Virus record (IMG/VR): IMGVR_UViG_3300046048_000257
Span: 22,879-86,878 of that record
Reading direction: 5' to 3' (one strand)
DNA: 64,000 bases
Source of the DNA: a virus
This document shows, one piece after another, positions 19,411-29,382 of this stretch (within the stretch, counting starts at the first letter, position 1; every line of letters begins with the position of its first letter). A model generated the notes under the pieces. The model ran no database searches, was not told the DNA's origin, and saw only the letters and a program-made list of their open reading frames with translations. Both the position numbers and the translations under genes were made by a program.

Positions 19411-19577
19411 AGGCGGGCCATTTATACGTTTTAGACTATGGATATAGCTATTTTATCACTGCGCTTAACGTACACCTGAAAATCAGGCATGAGGCTCAGC
19501 GGGATAGGGCCGTGAGTTACAGAATGGCCCGGACCCTTAAAGGCCGTGACTGGCAGCGGTATTTACGTGGAGGGTGA
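19380..19577 (+). CDS. -1 frameshift extension of the tail chaperone (GT)
   Basis: GAC TTT TTG slippery site at 19381-19389; -1 frame stays open as ...RLIEAGHLYVLDYGYSYF... to TGA 19577, 3 nt before the tape measure ATG. Confidence 0.75.
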   Translation, partial: GLFEAACRLIEAGHLYVLDYGYSYFITALNVHLKIRHEAQRDRAVSYRMARTLKGRDWQRYLRGG

Positions 19578-19580
19578 TAA

Positions 19581-22166
19581 ATGGCTATAACCAGCGATAC
19601 CTTACAAATTGTAATAAAGCTGCGGGACCAAGCCACTAAAGGCCTGCGGGGTATAGGCACCACGCTGGGTAAAATGCGCAACAGCGTGAGCGGCCTGATA
19701 CCTAAGTTTTCAGGCTTACAGGTGGCCATAGCCGGTGCTTTTGGTGCAATCAGCGCCGGACTCATAGCCCGCAGTTTCATACAGGCCGCAGACGCAGCAG
19801 AGGGCTACCGTGTGCGGCTTTCCGTTTTACTGGGCTCACAGCGTGAGGCCAATATGCTGTTTAAGGATATGGCTGATTTTGCTGGAAACGTGAGCTTTCA
19901 GTATGAGGAAATTATGGGCGCCGCTACCTCACTGGCCGGTGTAATGGAGGGGGGCCGTGAGGAGGTAAGTAAGTGGATGCCCGTACTGGCCGACCTATCC
20001 GCCGCCTCCGGGCTTACCATGGAGGAGGCCACTTCTAATTTTATCCGCATGTATAGCTCAGGAGCAGCAGCTGCTGATGCCTTTAGGGATAAAGGCATAC
20101 TGGCCATGCTGGGCTTTAAAGCTAAAACCCAATATACCGCAGAGGAAACACGTAAGATACTTATGGAGGCGTGGGAGGCGCCCACCAGCAAGTTTAGGGA
20201 TGCTGCCCTTAAACTGGCTAACACGTGGGGCGGCCTTATGAGCATGATGGCTGATAGGTGGTTTCAGTTACGTGTGTATATCATGGAGGAGGGCGGTGTA
20301 CTGGATTACATGAAAGCGGCGGCTAAAACGCTGCTGGAGTTTATTGCTAACCTGAAAAAGGAGGGCAGGCTGGATGAGTGGGCCGCACAGATGGCCCAGC
20401 GGATACTTACCGTTTTTGAAAAGGTGGCCATAGGCGTGGGCTGGCTGGTGGATAGTTTCAGAGGCTGGAAAATGATACTGGAGGGGCTGGCTATGACTTG
20501 GAACGCCATAGGCATAGCCGGGCACTGGGTTTTTGAGCAGTTTAGAAAATTCGGGATATGGCTGGATGAGCTGTTTATCAAAATGATGAATATACGGCTT
20601 ACAATACTGAAATTTTTTAGCAAGCTGGAGGAGGGGGTAAAGGATGAGATAGCCGCCACTAAGAAACTGATAGCTGAGCGTGAAAAAATGGTGGAGCAGA
20701 ACAGGATAGGGCTTACACAGGAGGAGGCCCTGCGTAAAATCCATGAGGCCAGACTGGAGCAGGCACTGGCCCGCCTCCAGATTATAGCCGCTGAGGTGCC
20801 TTATAATGAAAAAATAAAACAGCAGCTGGAGGAAATAAAGAAACTGGCAGAGGAGTACCGTAAGGAGCGTGAGGGTGCAGGTGATACAGGTGTGCCCCGG
20901 CCTAAGCCCACACCTGATGTGGATACCAAGCTGATAGAGGCCCGGCTTAATGCGGAGGCCAAGATAGCCCTTGAAAAAAATAAAACCATGATGGCGGCTA
21001 TTGAGGGGCAGTGGAGTGAGCACACCATAGCCATGAAAAAGTATTTTGAGGAGCGCCTTACGTTAATTAATGAGGCTCACGCCATACAGATTAAATTACT
21101 GGAGGAGGAGGCTGCACTTGAAAAGGACCCGGCCAAAAAGGAGGCCCTGCGGGCACAAAAGGCTGCGCTGGAGGAGGAGTACATGCGCACCATTATACAG
21201 CTCCAGCTTGACCTAAATGCTGCCACACGTGAGGAGGTGGATGCCCGTAAGGATGCTGCGGATGTAATTAGTGAGATAGACCGCAGGCTGGCGCAGAGCC
21301 GTGCCAGTGGTGGCGGACTGGCTGAGCAGTTTAGGATGGAGCAGGAGCAGCTGAGGCAGCAGCAGGAGGCCGATATACAGCGGCTGCTGGATATGAAAGC
21401 CAAGGGCTATGATATGGAGGCTGAGCTGCAAGAGGCTAAAAATAAGCACCTGCTGGAGCAGGAGCAGCTGGCTATGAACCAGCGTAAGCAGCTGTGGCAG
21501 ACCTATGTGGATAGCATACAGACCACGCTGGGCTCTATGACCTCCATGTTTAATGACTGGTACCAAGCGGCGGGCTCAAAGCATAAGGAACTGTTTAACC
21601 TCTATAAGGCGGCCAGCATAGCGGAAACGATTATAGCCACATACAGCGCCGCACAAAAGGCCTATGATGCCATGGCTAAGGTGCCCTATGTGGGCCCGGC
21701 GCTGGCGGCCTCTGCTGCGGCCATAGCCGTGGCAGCCGGTCTGGCCCGTGTGCAGTTAATCCGCCAGCAACAGATGGCCAGCGGTGGACTGGTAGGCGGA
21801 GTGAGCCCCACCCCCACAGCAGATAACATACCCATAAAAGCCACAGCCGGTGAGTTTATGCACCCGGTGAGCACAGTAAAATATTACGGTGTAAGGGCCA
21901 TGGAGGCCATACGCAAAAGACTGGTGCCCCGTGAGCTGCTTTTACAGTTTGCAGCCAAAATACCTAACATTAAAATGAGGACCCTGCACCAGTTTGCCAC
22001 AGGCGGGGCCATAACTGGTGCGGCGGCAGCCTCTGGAGGTGATACTAACCTGAGCATGCCTGTGAGTATCCGGCTGCCTGAGCAGCTTAGTTTTATAGGC
22101 CGCAGGCTGGAGGCTGAAATAGAGCCTGTGATACTGCGGGTATTACGGGAGGAGCTGAGGTATTGA
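19581..22166 (+). CDS. Tape measure protein
   Basis: Helical/coiled coil; C-terminal MASGGLVGG...DNIP...GEFM. Confidence 0.9.
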   Translation: MAITSDTLQIVIKLRDQATKGLRGIGTTLGKMRNSVSGLIPKFSGLQVAIAGAFGAISAGLIARSFIQAADAAEGYRVRLSVLLGSQREANMLFKDMADFAGNVSFQYEEIMGAATSLAGVMEGGREEVSKWMPVLADLSAASGLTMEEATSNFIRMYSSGAAAADAFRDKGILAMLGFKAKTQYTAEETRKILMEAWEAPTSKFRDAALKLANTWGGLMSMMADRWFQLRVYIMEEGGVLDYMKAAAKTLLEFIANLKKEGRLDEWAAQMAQRILTVFEKVAIGVGWLVDSFRGWKMILEGLAMTWNAIGIAGHWVFEQFRKFGIWLDELFIKMMNIRLTILKFFSKLEEGVKDEIAATKKLIAEREKMVEQNRIGLTQEEALRKIHEARLEQALARLQIIAAEVPYNEKIKQQLEEIKKLAEEYRKEREGAGDTGVPRPKPTPDVDTKLIEARLNAEAKIALEKNKTMMAAIEGQWSEHTIAMKKYFEERLTLINEAHAIQIKLLEEEAALEKDPAKKEALRAQKAALEEEYMRTIIQLQLDLNAATREEVDARKDAADVISEIDRRLAQSRASGGGLAEQFRMEQEQLRQQQEADIQRLLDMKAKGYDMEAELQEAKNKHLLEQEQLAMNQRKQLWQTYVDSIQTTLGSMTSMFNDWYQAAGSKHKELFNLYKAASIAETIIATYSAAQKAYDAMAKVPYVGPALAASAAAIAVAAGLARVQLIRQQQMASGGLVGGVSPTPTADNIPIKATAGEFMHPVSTVKYYGVRAMEAIRKRLVPRELLLQFAAKIPNIKMRTLHQFATGGAITGAAAASGGDTNLSMPVSIRLPEQLSFIGRRLEAEIEPVILRVLREELRY

Positions 22167-22167
22167 T

Positions 22168-22584
22168 ATGATAGAAACCGGGCAGCAAAAGCTGGGTGGT
22201 TATACGTTTTACTGGGACCCGGATAATATGACCATACCAGAAAAACAAAAGCAGGTAGCGGTGGCGGATACATATGGTGGCTCCGCCATTTTTGAATGGG
22301 CCGCCTTACTGGAGGGCACACAGGTGCAGCTGGAGTGGGATATGATGCCTAAGGGCATGTATAAGCAGCTGCGCACCATGTACCTCCAGACCGGGGTGAC
22401 TTTTGTGTGGGACCCTAATACCGGGGGTAACACATACACGGTGGTGATAGAGAAACTGGAGGGCGCTTATATGGGTACTGTGCTGCATGAGGGGCAGTTT
22501 CGGCAAAATGTAAAGCTAACGCTTAATATCAGGAGTCTGGCTGCCATACTCCAGAGTACCACCAGCACCACCACTACTGAATAA
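22168..22584 (+). CDS. Distal tail-like protein with Thr/Ser tag
   Basis: Follows the tape measure; ends STTSTTTTE. Confidence 0.65.
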   Translation: MIETGQQKLGGYTFYWDPDNMTIPEKQKQVAVADTYGGSAIFEWAALLEGTQVQLEWDMMPKGMYKQLRTMYLQTGVTFVWDPNTGGNTYTVVIEKLEGAYMGTVLHEGQFRQNVKLTLNIRSLAAILQSTTSTTTTE

Positions 22585-22647
22585 AATAGGGCCTCAGGAG
22601 CCGCCAGAGGCTGTATATGAGGACTTTAGGGTAGGGGTAATACACTT

Positions 22648-25600
22648 ATGGCCTTAACACTGGATAGCGCTTTACAGAGCCGTTTAGATAGCATGCACCG
22701 GCAGCCTGCTATTGAGCTGCTTAGTAATGAGTTTTTAGCGAGTATCCCATTTCAGGGTAACAGCTTTGGGATAGCTCAGGGCGGTACTTTTAGGCCGCAT
22801 TTAATACAGCACAGCAGCGGGCGGCTGGCTCAGGTGTACGTGGATGAGGATGGTGAGTTGCAGTGGATGTTTACGGATACCGCCCGTAACCAGTGGACCA
22901 CGGTAAACCTATCCTCAATTACCACAGGGGCCGTGGCTGCCTCCGCAGTGGAGCTGGCTAACGGTAACATAGGGCTGGTATATACCACCAGCTATTTGGG
23001 TAATGACAAGCTGATGCAGGCCACTATCAGCGTGACCGGCGCCGTGGTGGCCAGCCAGAGCCAGATAGCGGACTTAACGGATGCTTACGCTTATAGCGCC
23101 CCATATGTTACCCGGCTGGGTAATGGCACTTACTATCTGATATATGTGCAAAAGGATACCACCACGCCCTTATATACGATTTACGGGCAGACCTGCACCA
23201 CATGGGGCTCATGGGGTGCAGCCTCCAATATAACCCCCTCAGGGCTCAATACAGCCGCTGAAATAGATAACCCCAGCCTATTTGAAACCACAGAGGGTGA
23301 CCTTTTTCTGCTGGTGGACCACGTGACCTCCACGCAGGATGATGTAACCATAAAAAATATATTTAGCTCCATAAGCACTAACAATGGCGCCAGCTTTGGG
23401 GCAGCCTCCGCCCGGACTAATTACACAGCTTTTGGCAGCAACGGGCTGGACCCTATAATGATACAAAAGCAAAACGGGACCGTGTGGCTCATATTCTATG
23501 AGTCTATTAACGTGCTGCACATGGATAGCTCCGCCACGGGCTTTTTACAGTGCAGGAGCTATGGCATGGGAGTTAAGGACCTGCACTGTGATTATGCTAA
23601 CCGTAAAATACTGGTGGCCTATGGTAACAGCCAAGGGGGTGTAAAGTATTTAACCGGTGTGGCCGTGGTGGATATGGCCACATGGAGTATTGATAAAATT
23701 TACTATAACAGCAGCACCCCGGCCATTAATCAAATATTTTGTGACCAGCACGTGTGGAATAATAGCCTTATACACGCTGATGGTAAGTACATGGCCATGG
23801 CCACGACTTATGGTACGGGCCACATGGTGCTGTGTGTGATAGACCACACCACAGATAGCGTGACTCATTACGTGATAGATGATGTGGGGGTGGGTGGTAT
23901 AAGTGATGGCGTACCGGCTTACTATCTGGACCGTAATGTGGAGTATAACAGTAACCCTCCGTATGGCTTTTTAGGTATAGGGCCTGCCTGTATCAGAGTG
24001 GATGCCTCACGGGACCGGGTGTATATTGGCTGGGATGGCGGCTATTACCGCCAGTATCACATTTTTAGCTACATAGACCTCACTGAGGCCCCGGATGGTG
24101 AGGGCATGTATAGTATAACGTGGGTAAATGGGCCCACCTCCGGCATAAGTGTGCCCGGACAAAATAGGGTATGGTATGAGTACGGCTGGCAGTTTGAGAT
24201 AGATACGGAGCGCCAGTATCTGGTGGCCTACCACCCCGGAGGCGGCAGCGTGGGGGCTATTAACTGGAATGGGGGCTTATCAATACATGCCGAAAATGCC
24301 GGGGCTGCGATAGTTAAATATTATACCCCGCAAAGTAATAACAGCATGTGCCTGTGGGGCCCCCGGCAGGCTGTTGTTTATAACGGGGCGGTGTATGGTG
24401 ATTTTTATTACTCCGCTACTTTTCCGTACACAGACCAGCGTGGGCTCATTAAAATAGACTATTTGACTGATACAATAACCTATCACAGGCCCAGCTTTGT
24501 AACGGCTAACAGCCATACATTTTATGATTTTGCCATAGATGAGGAGGAGGAGTACCTATACATGGCGTGTGGGTGGGGTGTGGCTAAATTTAGTATGGCC
24601 AGTGGAGCATGGAGCATATTTAATAGTGATACACTGCCCGGCTTTGTGCGCAGCGGTGAGGTGGATAGCATGGGCTTTGTGGCATGGGACCCCACAGACC
24701 GTAATGTGCTCATGGGTGCGTGGAATGATTACATAAGTAATTACCTCAGTGGTATAGGTATGTTTAGTGAAAATGGCGCTTATAATCAGCTCCAGTATAT
24801 CACAGCTTATAAGGCTGCCAGCTGGGACTGGGATGCCCAGCAGGACCTGAGCTATTACACTAAGGAGGCAAAGCCCACAGCCGTGGTGGCTCTGGATGAT
24901 GTGGCGTGGGTGGTGTGGAATCACATAGACTGGGAGCAGGCGCAAAATGTGCTTTACTGGGATAATGATTTAGGTGAGATAGATATAACTGATGATATAA
25001 CGGGCCCAGTTACTATTAAGTGGGAGCTTAAGCGTGAAAACAAGCTGGATTTTAAGCTGGCTAATGGATACCTGTATGACCCGCAGAACCTGCTGAGCAC
25101 AAAAAACGTGGTGGGCCAAAAAGGCCGCAAGGTGGCGGTGCGTATAGGTGAGATTATAAGCGGGTATAACTACTGGGTAAACCAAGGCACATTTATAGTG
25201 GATACTGTGCAGCTGAGTTACAAACGGGGTGACCACCCTGTGCTCAGCCTGAGCTGTACGGGTAAAACTACTATATGGCGGTACCAGCAGGTAGCGGTGA
25301 GTGCACTTTACAGCGGGAGCATGCCTGATGATGTTATTAGGGACCTGTTAGATGACCATACCACATGGCTAAATTCTGATTACAGCATACCGGTTTTTAG
25401 TGCTGAGCACAGCCTTTATTACCAGTGGATAGATAAAACCCTGTGGGAAATAATTGAGGAAATATGTGACCACTTTTTTTATGCCATGTTTGAGGATGCA
25501 GATGGTGTATTTACATGCAGGCCCGTGAGCCTTACGCAGAGTGTGGACCATGAGTATGGTGATGATACCAAGCTGCAAAATTTTAGCCCGGATGATAATT

Positions 25601-26424
25601 ATAGTGACTACACTAACCGGGTGCGGGTGATAGGTGAAAGTAATGACTATACAGAGGTACTGCATGATGAGGAAATGATAACCAGCCGCAGCGGTACTGT
25701 GGGCTGGTGGGTTAAAAAAACCACTGAGGATATTTACTATGATGAGGATGGTGAGCGCCAGTGCAGAAACCCACGGCTGGAAGTGATACACAGCCCAAAG
25801 GAGTACGGGCTGCTGCTGGACCAGCTGGCCATGGGTGATGGCGGTGTAGAGATAACATATGTGGACCCGTATGAGAAGTATATAACGGTTACCATACGGG
25901 TAAAGGATTTAACCGCAGCGCTGGTGGGCGCCATTATAGCCATGGTGGTAAGTGCATGGGGTGCATGGGGCTGCGTGTACTGCGGGCCATGGATAGTGGC
26001 GCTGGCCATAGCCGCCAGCTTAGTGATGTATATACTGGCAGCCATGGCGCAGTATCAATATGAAGTGTGGGCCCGCCCGCTGGGCCGGGTGAAAAATACC
26101 ATACAGTATGAGGCTAATGACTATGAAATGCAGCAAAAGCTAAATGGTGAAATAATTACAGAGGAAATAACAGACCCCCTGTGTAACAGCGTAACAGAGT
26201 GCAGGCGTGTGGCTGAGGGTAACCTTGCTATGGTTAAGGCACAGCGCAGCCGCATACGTTTTACAAAGCTGGCACATTTACAGGATGAGCTGCTGGATAA
26301 AATAAAAGTGTACCACCCATATAGCGGTGAGGGCATGGAGCTGCTGATGGTGAGTCTGGAGCGCACGTACACAAAGGGGGAGGGTGTTTTTGATGAGATA
26401 GATGGCTGGAGGTATATACCCTAA
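22648..26424 (+). CDS. Tail tip/hub protein with beta-propeller-like region
   Basis: 1258 aa, beta-rich with Asp-box-like STNNGASF; hub-like C-terminal third with NRVRVIG; hydrophobic hairpin insertion. Confidence 0.7.
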   Translation: MALTLDSALQSRLDSMHRQPAIELLSNEFLASIPFQGNSFGIAQGGTFRPHLIQHSSGRLAQVYVDEDGELQWMFTDTARNQWTTVNLSSITTGAVAASAVELANGNIGLVYTTSYLGNDKLMQATISVTGAVVASQSQIADLTDAYAYSAPYVTRLGNGTYYLIYVQKDTTTPLYTIYGQTCTTWGSWGAASNITPSGLNTAAEIDNPSLFETTEGDLFLLVDHVTSTQDDVTIKNIFSSISTNNGASFGAASARTNYTAFGSNGLDPIMIQKQNGTVWLIFYESINVLHMDSSATGFLQCRSYGMGVKDLHCDYANRKILVAYGNSQGGVKYLTGVAVVDMATWSIDKIYYNSSTPAINQIFCDQHVWNNSLIHADGKYMAMATTYGTGHMVLCVIDHTTDSVTHYVIDDVGVGGISDGVPAYYLDRNVEYNSNPPYGFLGIGPACIRVDASRDRVYIGWDGGYYRQYHIFSYIDLTEAPDGEGMYSITWVNGPTSGISVPGQNRVWYEYGWQFEIDTERQYLVAYHPGGGSVGAINWNGGLSIHAENAGAAIVKYYTPQSNNSMCLWGPRQAVVYNGAVYGDFYYSATFPYTDQRGLIKIDYLTDTITYHRPSFVTANSHTFYDFAIDEEEEYLYMACGWGVAKFSMASGAWSIFNSDTLPGFVRSGEVDSMGFVAWDPTDRNVLMGAWNDYISNYLSGIGMFSENGAYNQLQYITAYKAASWDWDAQQDLSYYTKEAKPTAVVALDDVAWVVWNHIDWEQAQNVLYWDNDLGEIDITDDITGPVTIKWELKRENKLDFKLANGYLYDPQNLLSTKNVVGQKGRKVAVRIGEIISGYNYWVNQGTFIVDTVQLSYKRGDHPVLSLSCTGKTTIWRYQQVAVSALYSGSMPDDVIRDLLDDHTTWLNSDYSIPVFSAEHSLYYQWIDKTLWEIIEEICDHFFYAMFEDADGVFTCRPVSLTQSVDHEYGDDTKLQNFSPDDNYSDYTNRVRVIGESNDYTEVLHDEEMITSRSGTVGWWVKKTTEDIYYDEDGERQCRNPRLEVIHSPKEYGLLLDQLAMGDGGVEITYVDPYEKYITVTIRVKDLTAALVGAIIAMVVSAWGAWGCVYCGPWIVALAIAASLVMYILAAMAQYQYEVWARPLGRVKNTIQYEANDYEMQQKLNGEIITEEITDPLCNSVTECRRVAEGNLAMVKAQRSRIRFTKLAHLQDELLDKIKVYHPYSGEGMELLMVSLERTYTKGEGVFDEIDGWRYIP

Positions 26425-27560
26425 TGCGGCTGTATAATAAAAGCATAACACGCAAAAGGCTGGACCAGCTGAGGCGCTGGACCATTACAGACCGTGATGC
26501 CATAGTGTGGAGCGTGGATACCAATAACTTTTATGCGCTGGTTAAAATACAGGGCAGTAATAACACGATAAAGGTACACTATCCACGTAACTGGAAAGTG
26601 ACCCCTACATGGCTTAAGCGGGGTAACGCTGTGCGCATAAGGCACCGGTCCGGGGCTCAGGGTTTCATAGAACTGGTGGGCCATGGCCGGGCCATACCCA
26701 GCCCTGTGGAGGGTGACCAGCTGCCCACGCCCACAGAGCTAACTGATGGTATAGTAACTGGTATGCAGATACTGGAGTACGGTGGCGGGGGTATGAATAT
26801 TTACGTTAATGATGGCACTTACCGCATAAATGGCACCACTTATGTTTATACCATAGATATAACCGGGTACATAGTAATGGATGACCCGGCGCCCATGACC
26901 ATGGGAGTGGGCACACTTATGGGCTGGGGTGATGATGTAACCCCGGTGACCATAGAGGCGGCGCCCAGTGCAGGCTCTGGCCGGTATGATGCTTTAGTGA
27001 TAGGGGCAGATGGCACAGTGGATGTGGTTAAGGGCACAGCTGTTAGCCTGAGCACTGAGCCCACTAAGCCCGCAGTGCCCTCCGGGCATGTGCTTATAGG
27101 CTATCTGTTTATTTACGGAGGCATGACCTCCATACCACAGAACTGGATAGGAGTGGAGTGGACCGCTCCATATCCTAATACAGTTACAATTTCAGCCGGG
27201 GCGCCGATTTATAAGGATGGCACCTATGGCACCTTAACTATGACATGGAGCGCTGTGGATGATACACCTTATGGCTCCATAACTTTTTCGATAAAGGACC
27301 AGTATGGTGTTAGCCGCAGTATAAGCCAGACCGCCACCCTAAGCCTGCTGGCGGGCACAGGCGGAGTGAGCGCCAGCACCTCAGGCTTTGGCAGCAGCGC
27401 CTCCAAAACATGCACCAGCTCATGCACATTTTATTATGAGCGTAACCAGCTGGCTACGCCAGAGGTGAGCCCACTTTTGCGCATAGATTTTAATAATTAC
27501 CCCAGCCTTACACAGGTGGTACCTATAACTTTACTGGACTCTGGAGGTGACCCCGTATGA
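26424..27560 (+). CDS. Tail tip/spike-associated protein
   Basis: OB-fold-like N-terminus; RYDALVI...VVKGT...P.KP.VP.G. Confidence 0.6.
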   Translation: MRLYNKSITRKRLDQLRRWTITDRDAIVWSVDTNNFYALVKIQGSNNTIKVHYPRNWKVTPTWLKRGNAVRIRHRSGAQGFIELVGHGRAIPSPVEGDQLPTPTELTDGIVTGMQILEYGGGGMNIYVNDGTYRINGTTYVYTIDITGYIVMDDPAPMTMGVGTLMGWGDDVTPVTIEAAPSAGSGRYDALVIGADGTVDVVKGTAVSLSTEPTKPAVPSGHVLIGYLFIYGGMTSIPQNWIGVEWTAPYPNTVTISAGAPIYKDGTYGTLTMTWSAVDDTPYGSITFSIKDQYGVSRSISQTATLSLLAGTGGVSASTSGFGSSASKTCTSSCTFYYERNQLATPEVSPLLRIDFNNYPSLTQVVPITLLDSGGDPV

Positions 27561-27775
27561 GTGAGCTAACTGATAAACTGGATGAAATAATAAAAAACCA
27601 GCACACAATTATGAGTATGTTAAGTGACATACTGGAGGCCATGCCGGACCCCAGCCAGCGCCCGGATATAGCGGCAGCCTTTAAGCCGCTTATGGATAAT
27701 CCTTTATTTAAGGATAATCCGGCTATGCAGAGCCTGCTGGGCTCATTTATAAAAAAGGGAGGTAATACCCCATGA
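27557..27775 (+). CDS. Hypothetical protein
   Basis: GGAGG RBS; ATGA overlap. Confidence 0.55.
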   Translation: MSELTDKLDEIIKNQHTIMSMLSDILEAMPDPSQRPDIAAAFKPLMDNPLFKDNPAMQSLLGSFIKKGGNTP

Positions 27776-28275
27776 GTGAATTTTACCATACACCGTATAG
27801 TGATGGTGTAACAGAATACAAAGCGGCGGATATGAACGCCCCTTTAGGTGAGCTGGACCAAGCGCTTAATGATATACGTGGGCCCCGGCGTTTTGATTTT
27901 ATGGGGCAGTATTTAGGTGATGTGCTTAACAGCGGAGCGCTGCTTATGCAGGGTATCACTGGCAGGCAGATGAAACTTAAAGCCGGGGCGCCGGGCAGTA
28001 AGCTATATGTGGGCACAGGGCCTACTGCTCCACGGGTGTTTAGCATAAAGCGCAACGGTGTGCAGGTAGGCACGGCCACGGTAAACACCGGAGGCCACTG
28101 GGCCAGCTTTAGTGTGGCCGCAGATGTGCAGTTTTATAACGGTGACCTGCTGGAGTTAACCGGGCCTAACCCTGCGGATGGCAGTATGCAGGATGTGAGC
28201 TGGAATATTATTTTAGAGCGCCCGGATGTGGCGGACCGGACCACGACCACTACGACCACCACCACTACCGTTTAG
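27772..28275 (+). CDS. Virion protein with poly-Thr tag
   Basis: MNAPLGELD N-terminal motif; beta-sandwich body; ends TTTTTTTTTV. Confidence 0.7.
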   Translation: MSEFYHTPYSDGVTEYKAADMNAPLGELDQALNDIRGPRRFDFMGQYLGDVLNSGALLMQGITGRQMKLKAGAPGSKLYVGTGPTAPRVFSIKRNGVQVGTATVNTGGHWASFSVAADVQFYNGDLLELTGPNPADGSMQDVSWNIILERPDVADRTTTTTTTTTTV

Positions 28276-28287
28276 GGAGGCAGAATA

Positions 28288-29376
28288 ATGACGCTCTTGA
28301 TGTGTGAGGGTTTTGAAACTATACCAGCGAATAACCCCGGCTTAGTATTTACAGGATACGGAACGCCACCGACTGATATGACCCAATATACAGGGAGGTT
28401 TGGCCGTGGTAAGGCATGGGGTAGGCCGGGGAGTAATACCACTACTTCGTGGTGGTATTTAAACGGCACAGTGTGGGGCTATTCGGCGGATACAGTTGGT
28501 TATATTGTGGGATTTGCCGCTAAAAGAACTAATTGGAATAACTCTTTTTCCGTGCACTCATACATGACCTCCGGCTCATATACTGATGCGTTTCAAGTTA
28601 GATTTATTCAGGATTATATACGGGTTAAAATGTGGAATACGGACTATCCGGCATATGATGTTTATTTGCCAGAGGGTACATGGGCTTATGTGGAATGGTA
28701 TTACAAGCGGCATAGCTCAACAGGCAGATACCATTTAAAAGTAAATGGAAATACCATTCGTGATTTTACCGGCGATACCCGATATTCAACCGGAGCAAGC
28801 CACGTGGGTGTTACATTTAGGGGCGATGCGTGGGCAGGGTTTCAATTTGATGATCTATATTTCCTTGCAGTGGATGGCTCAGGGTTAAATGATTTTCTTG
28901 GAAAATGCAGGGTTGACCCTGCCTTACCAAATGGTGCTGGTAATTATGGCCAATTTACTCCAAGTGCTGGGAGTAATTATGAGTGCGTGGATGATGACCC
29001 ATACAGTGAAACTGATTATGTTGAGGCTGATACTGATGGTGACAGAGATTCATATACGATTGCAAGTGTGGATTCAGATATAGTGGATAGGCGAATAAAA
29101 GCCATTCAGCTTACGCCAGCCATAGCACGAACGGAGGACCTTGCTAATTTAGATATGACGCCATTTTTAAGGAAAAGCTCAGTTGATTATGATGGGACTT
29201 TATGGAATGTACCTAATACTGCTTATAGAATACGGCGTGGCTTGTGGACCGCTGACCCCAGCGATAGTAACCCGTGGACAAAGGCCAAAATAAATGCGTG
29301 TGAAATAGGAGTTAAATTAAGTAAGGAAGTCACGACCTCCACAACCTCAACCTCTACAACCTCAACAGCAGCGTAA
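28288..29376 (+). CDS. ConA/LamG-like putative receptor-binding protein with Thr/Ser tag
   Basis: LLMCEGFE, W.YVE, FDDLYF...FLGKCRV; atypical base composition; ends TTSTTSTSTTSTAA. Confidence 0.7.
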   Translation: MTLLMCEGFETIPANNPGLVFTGYGTPPTDMTQYTGRFGRGKAWGRPGSNTTTSWWYLNGTVWGYSADTVGYIVGFAAKRTNWNNSFSVHSYMTSGSYTDAFQVRFIQDYIRVKMWNTDYPAYDVYLPEGTWAYVEWYYKRHSSTGRYHLKVNGNTIRDFTGDTRYSTGASHVGVTFRGDAWAGFQFDDLYFLAVDGSGLNDFLGKCRVDPALPNGAGNYGQFTPSAGSNYECVDDDPYSETDYVEADTDGDRDSYTIASVDSDIVDRRIKAIQLTPAIARTEDLANLDMTPFLRKSSVDYDGTLWNVPNTAYRIRRGLWTADPSDSNPWTKAKINACEIGVKLSKEVTTSTTSTSTTSTAA

Positions 29377-29382
29377 GGTTTT

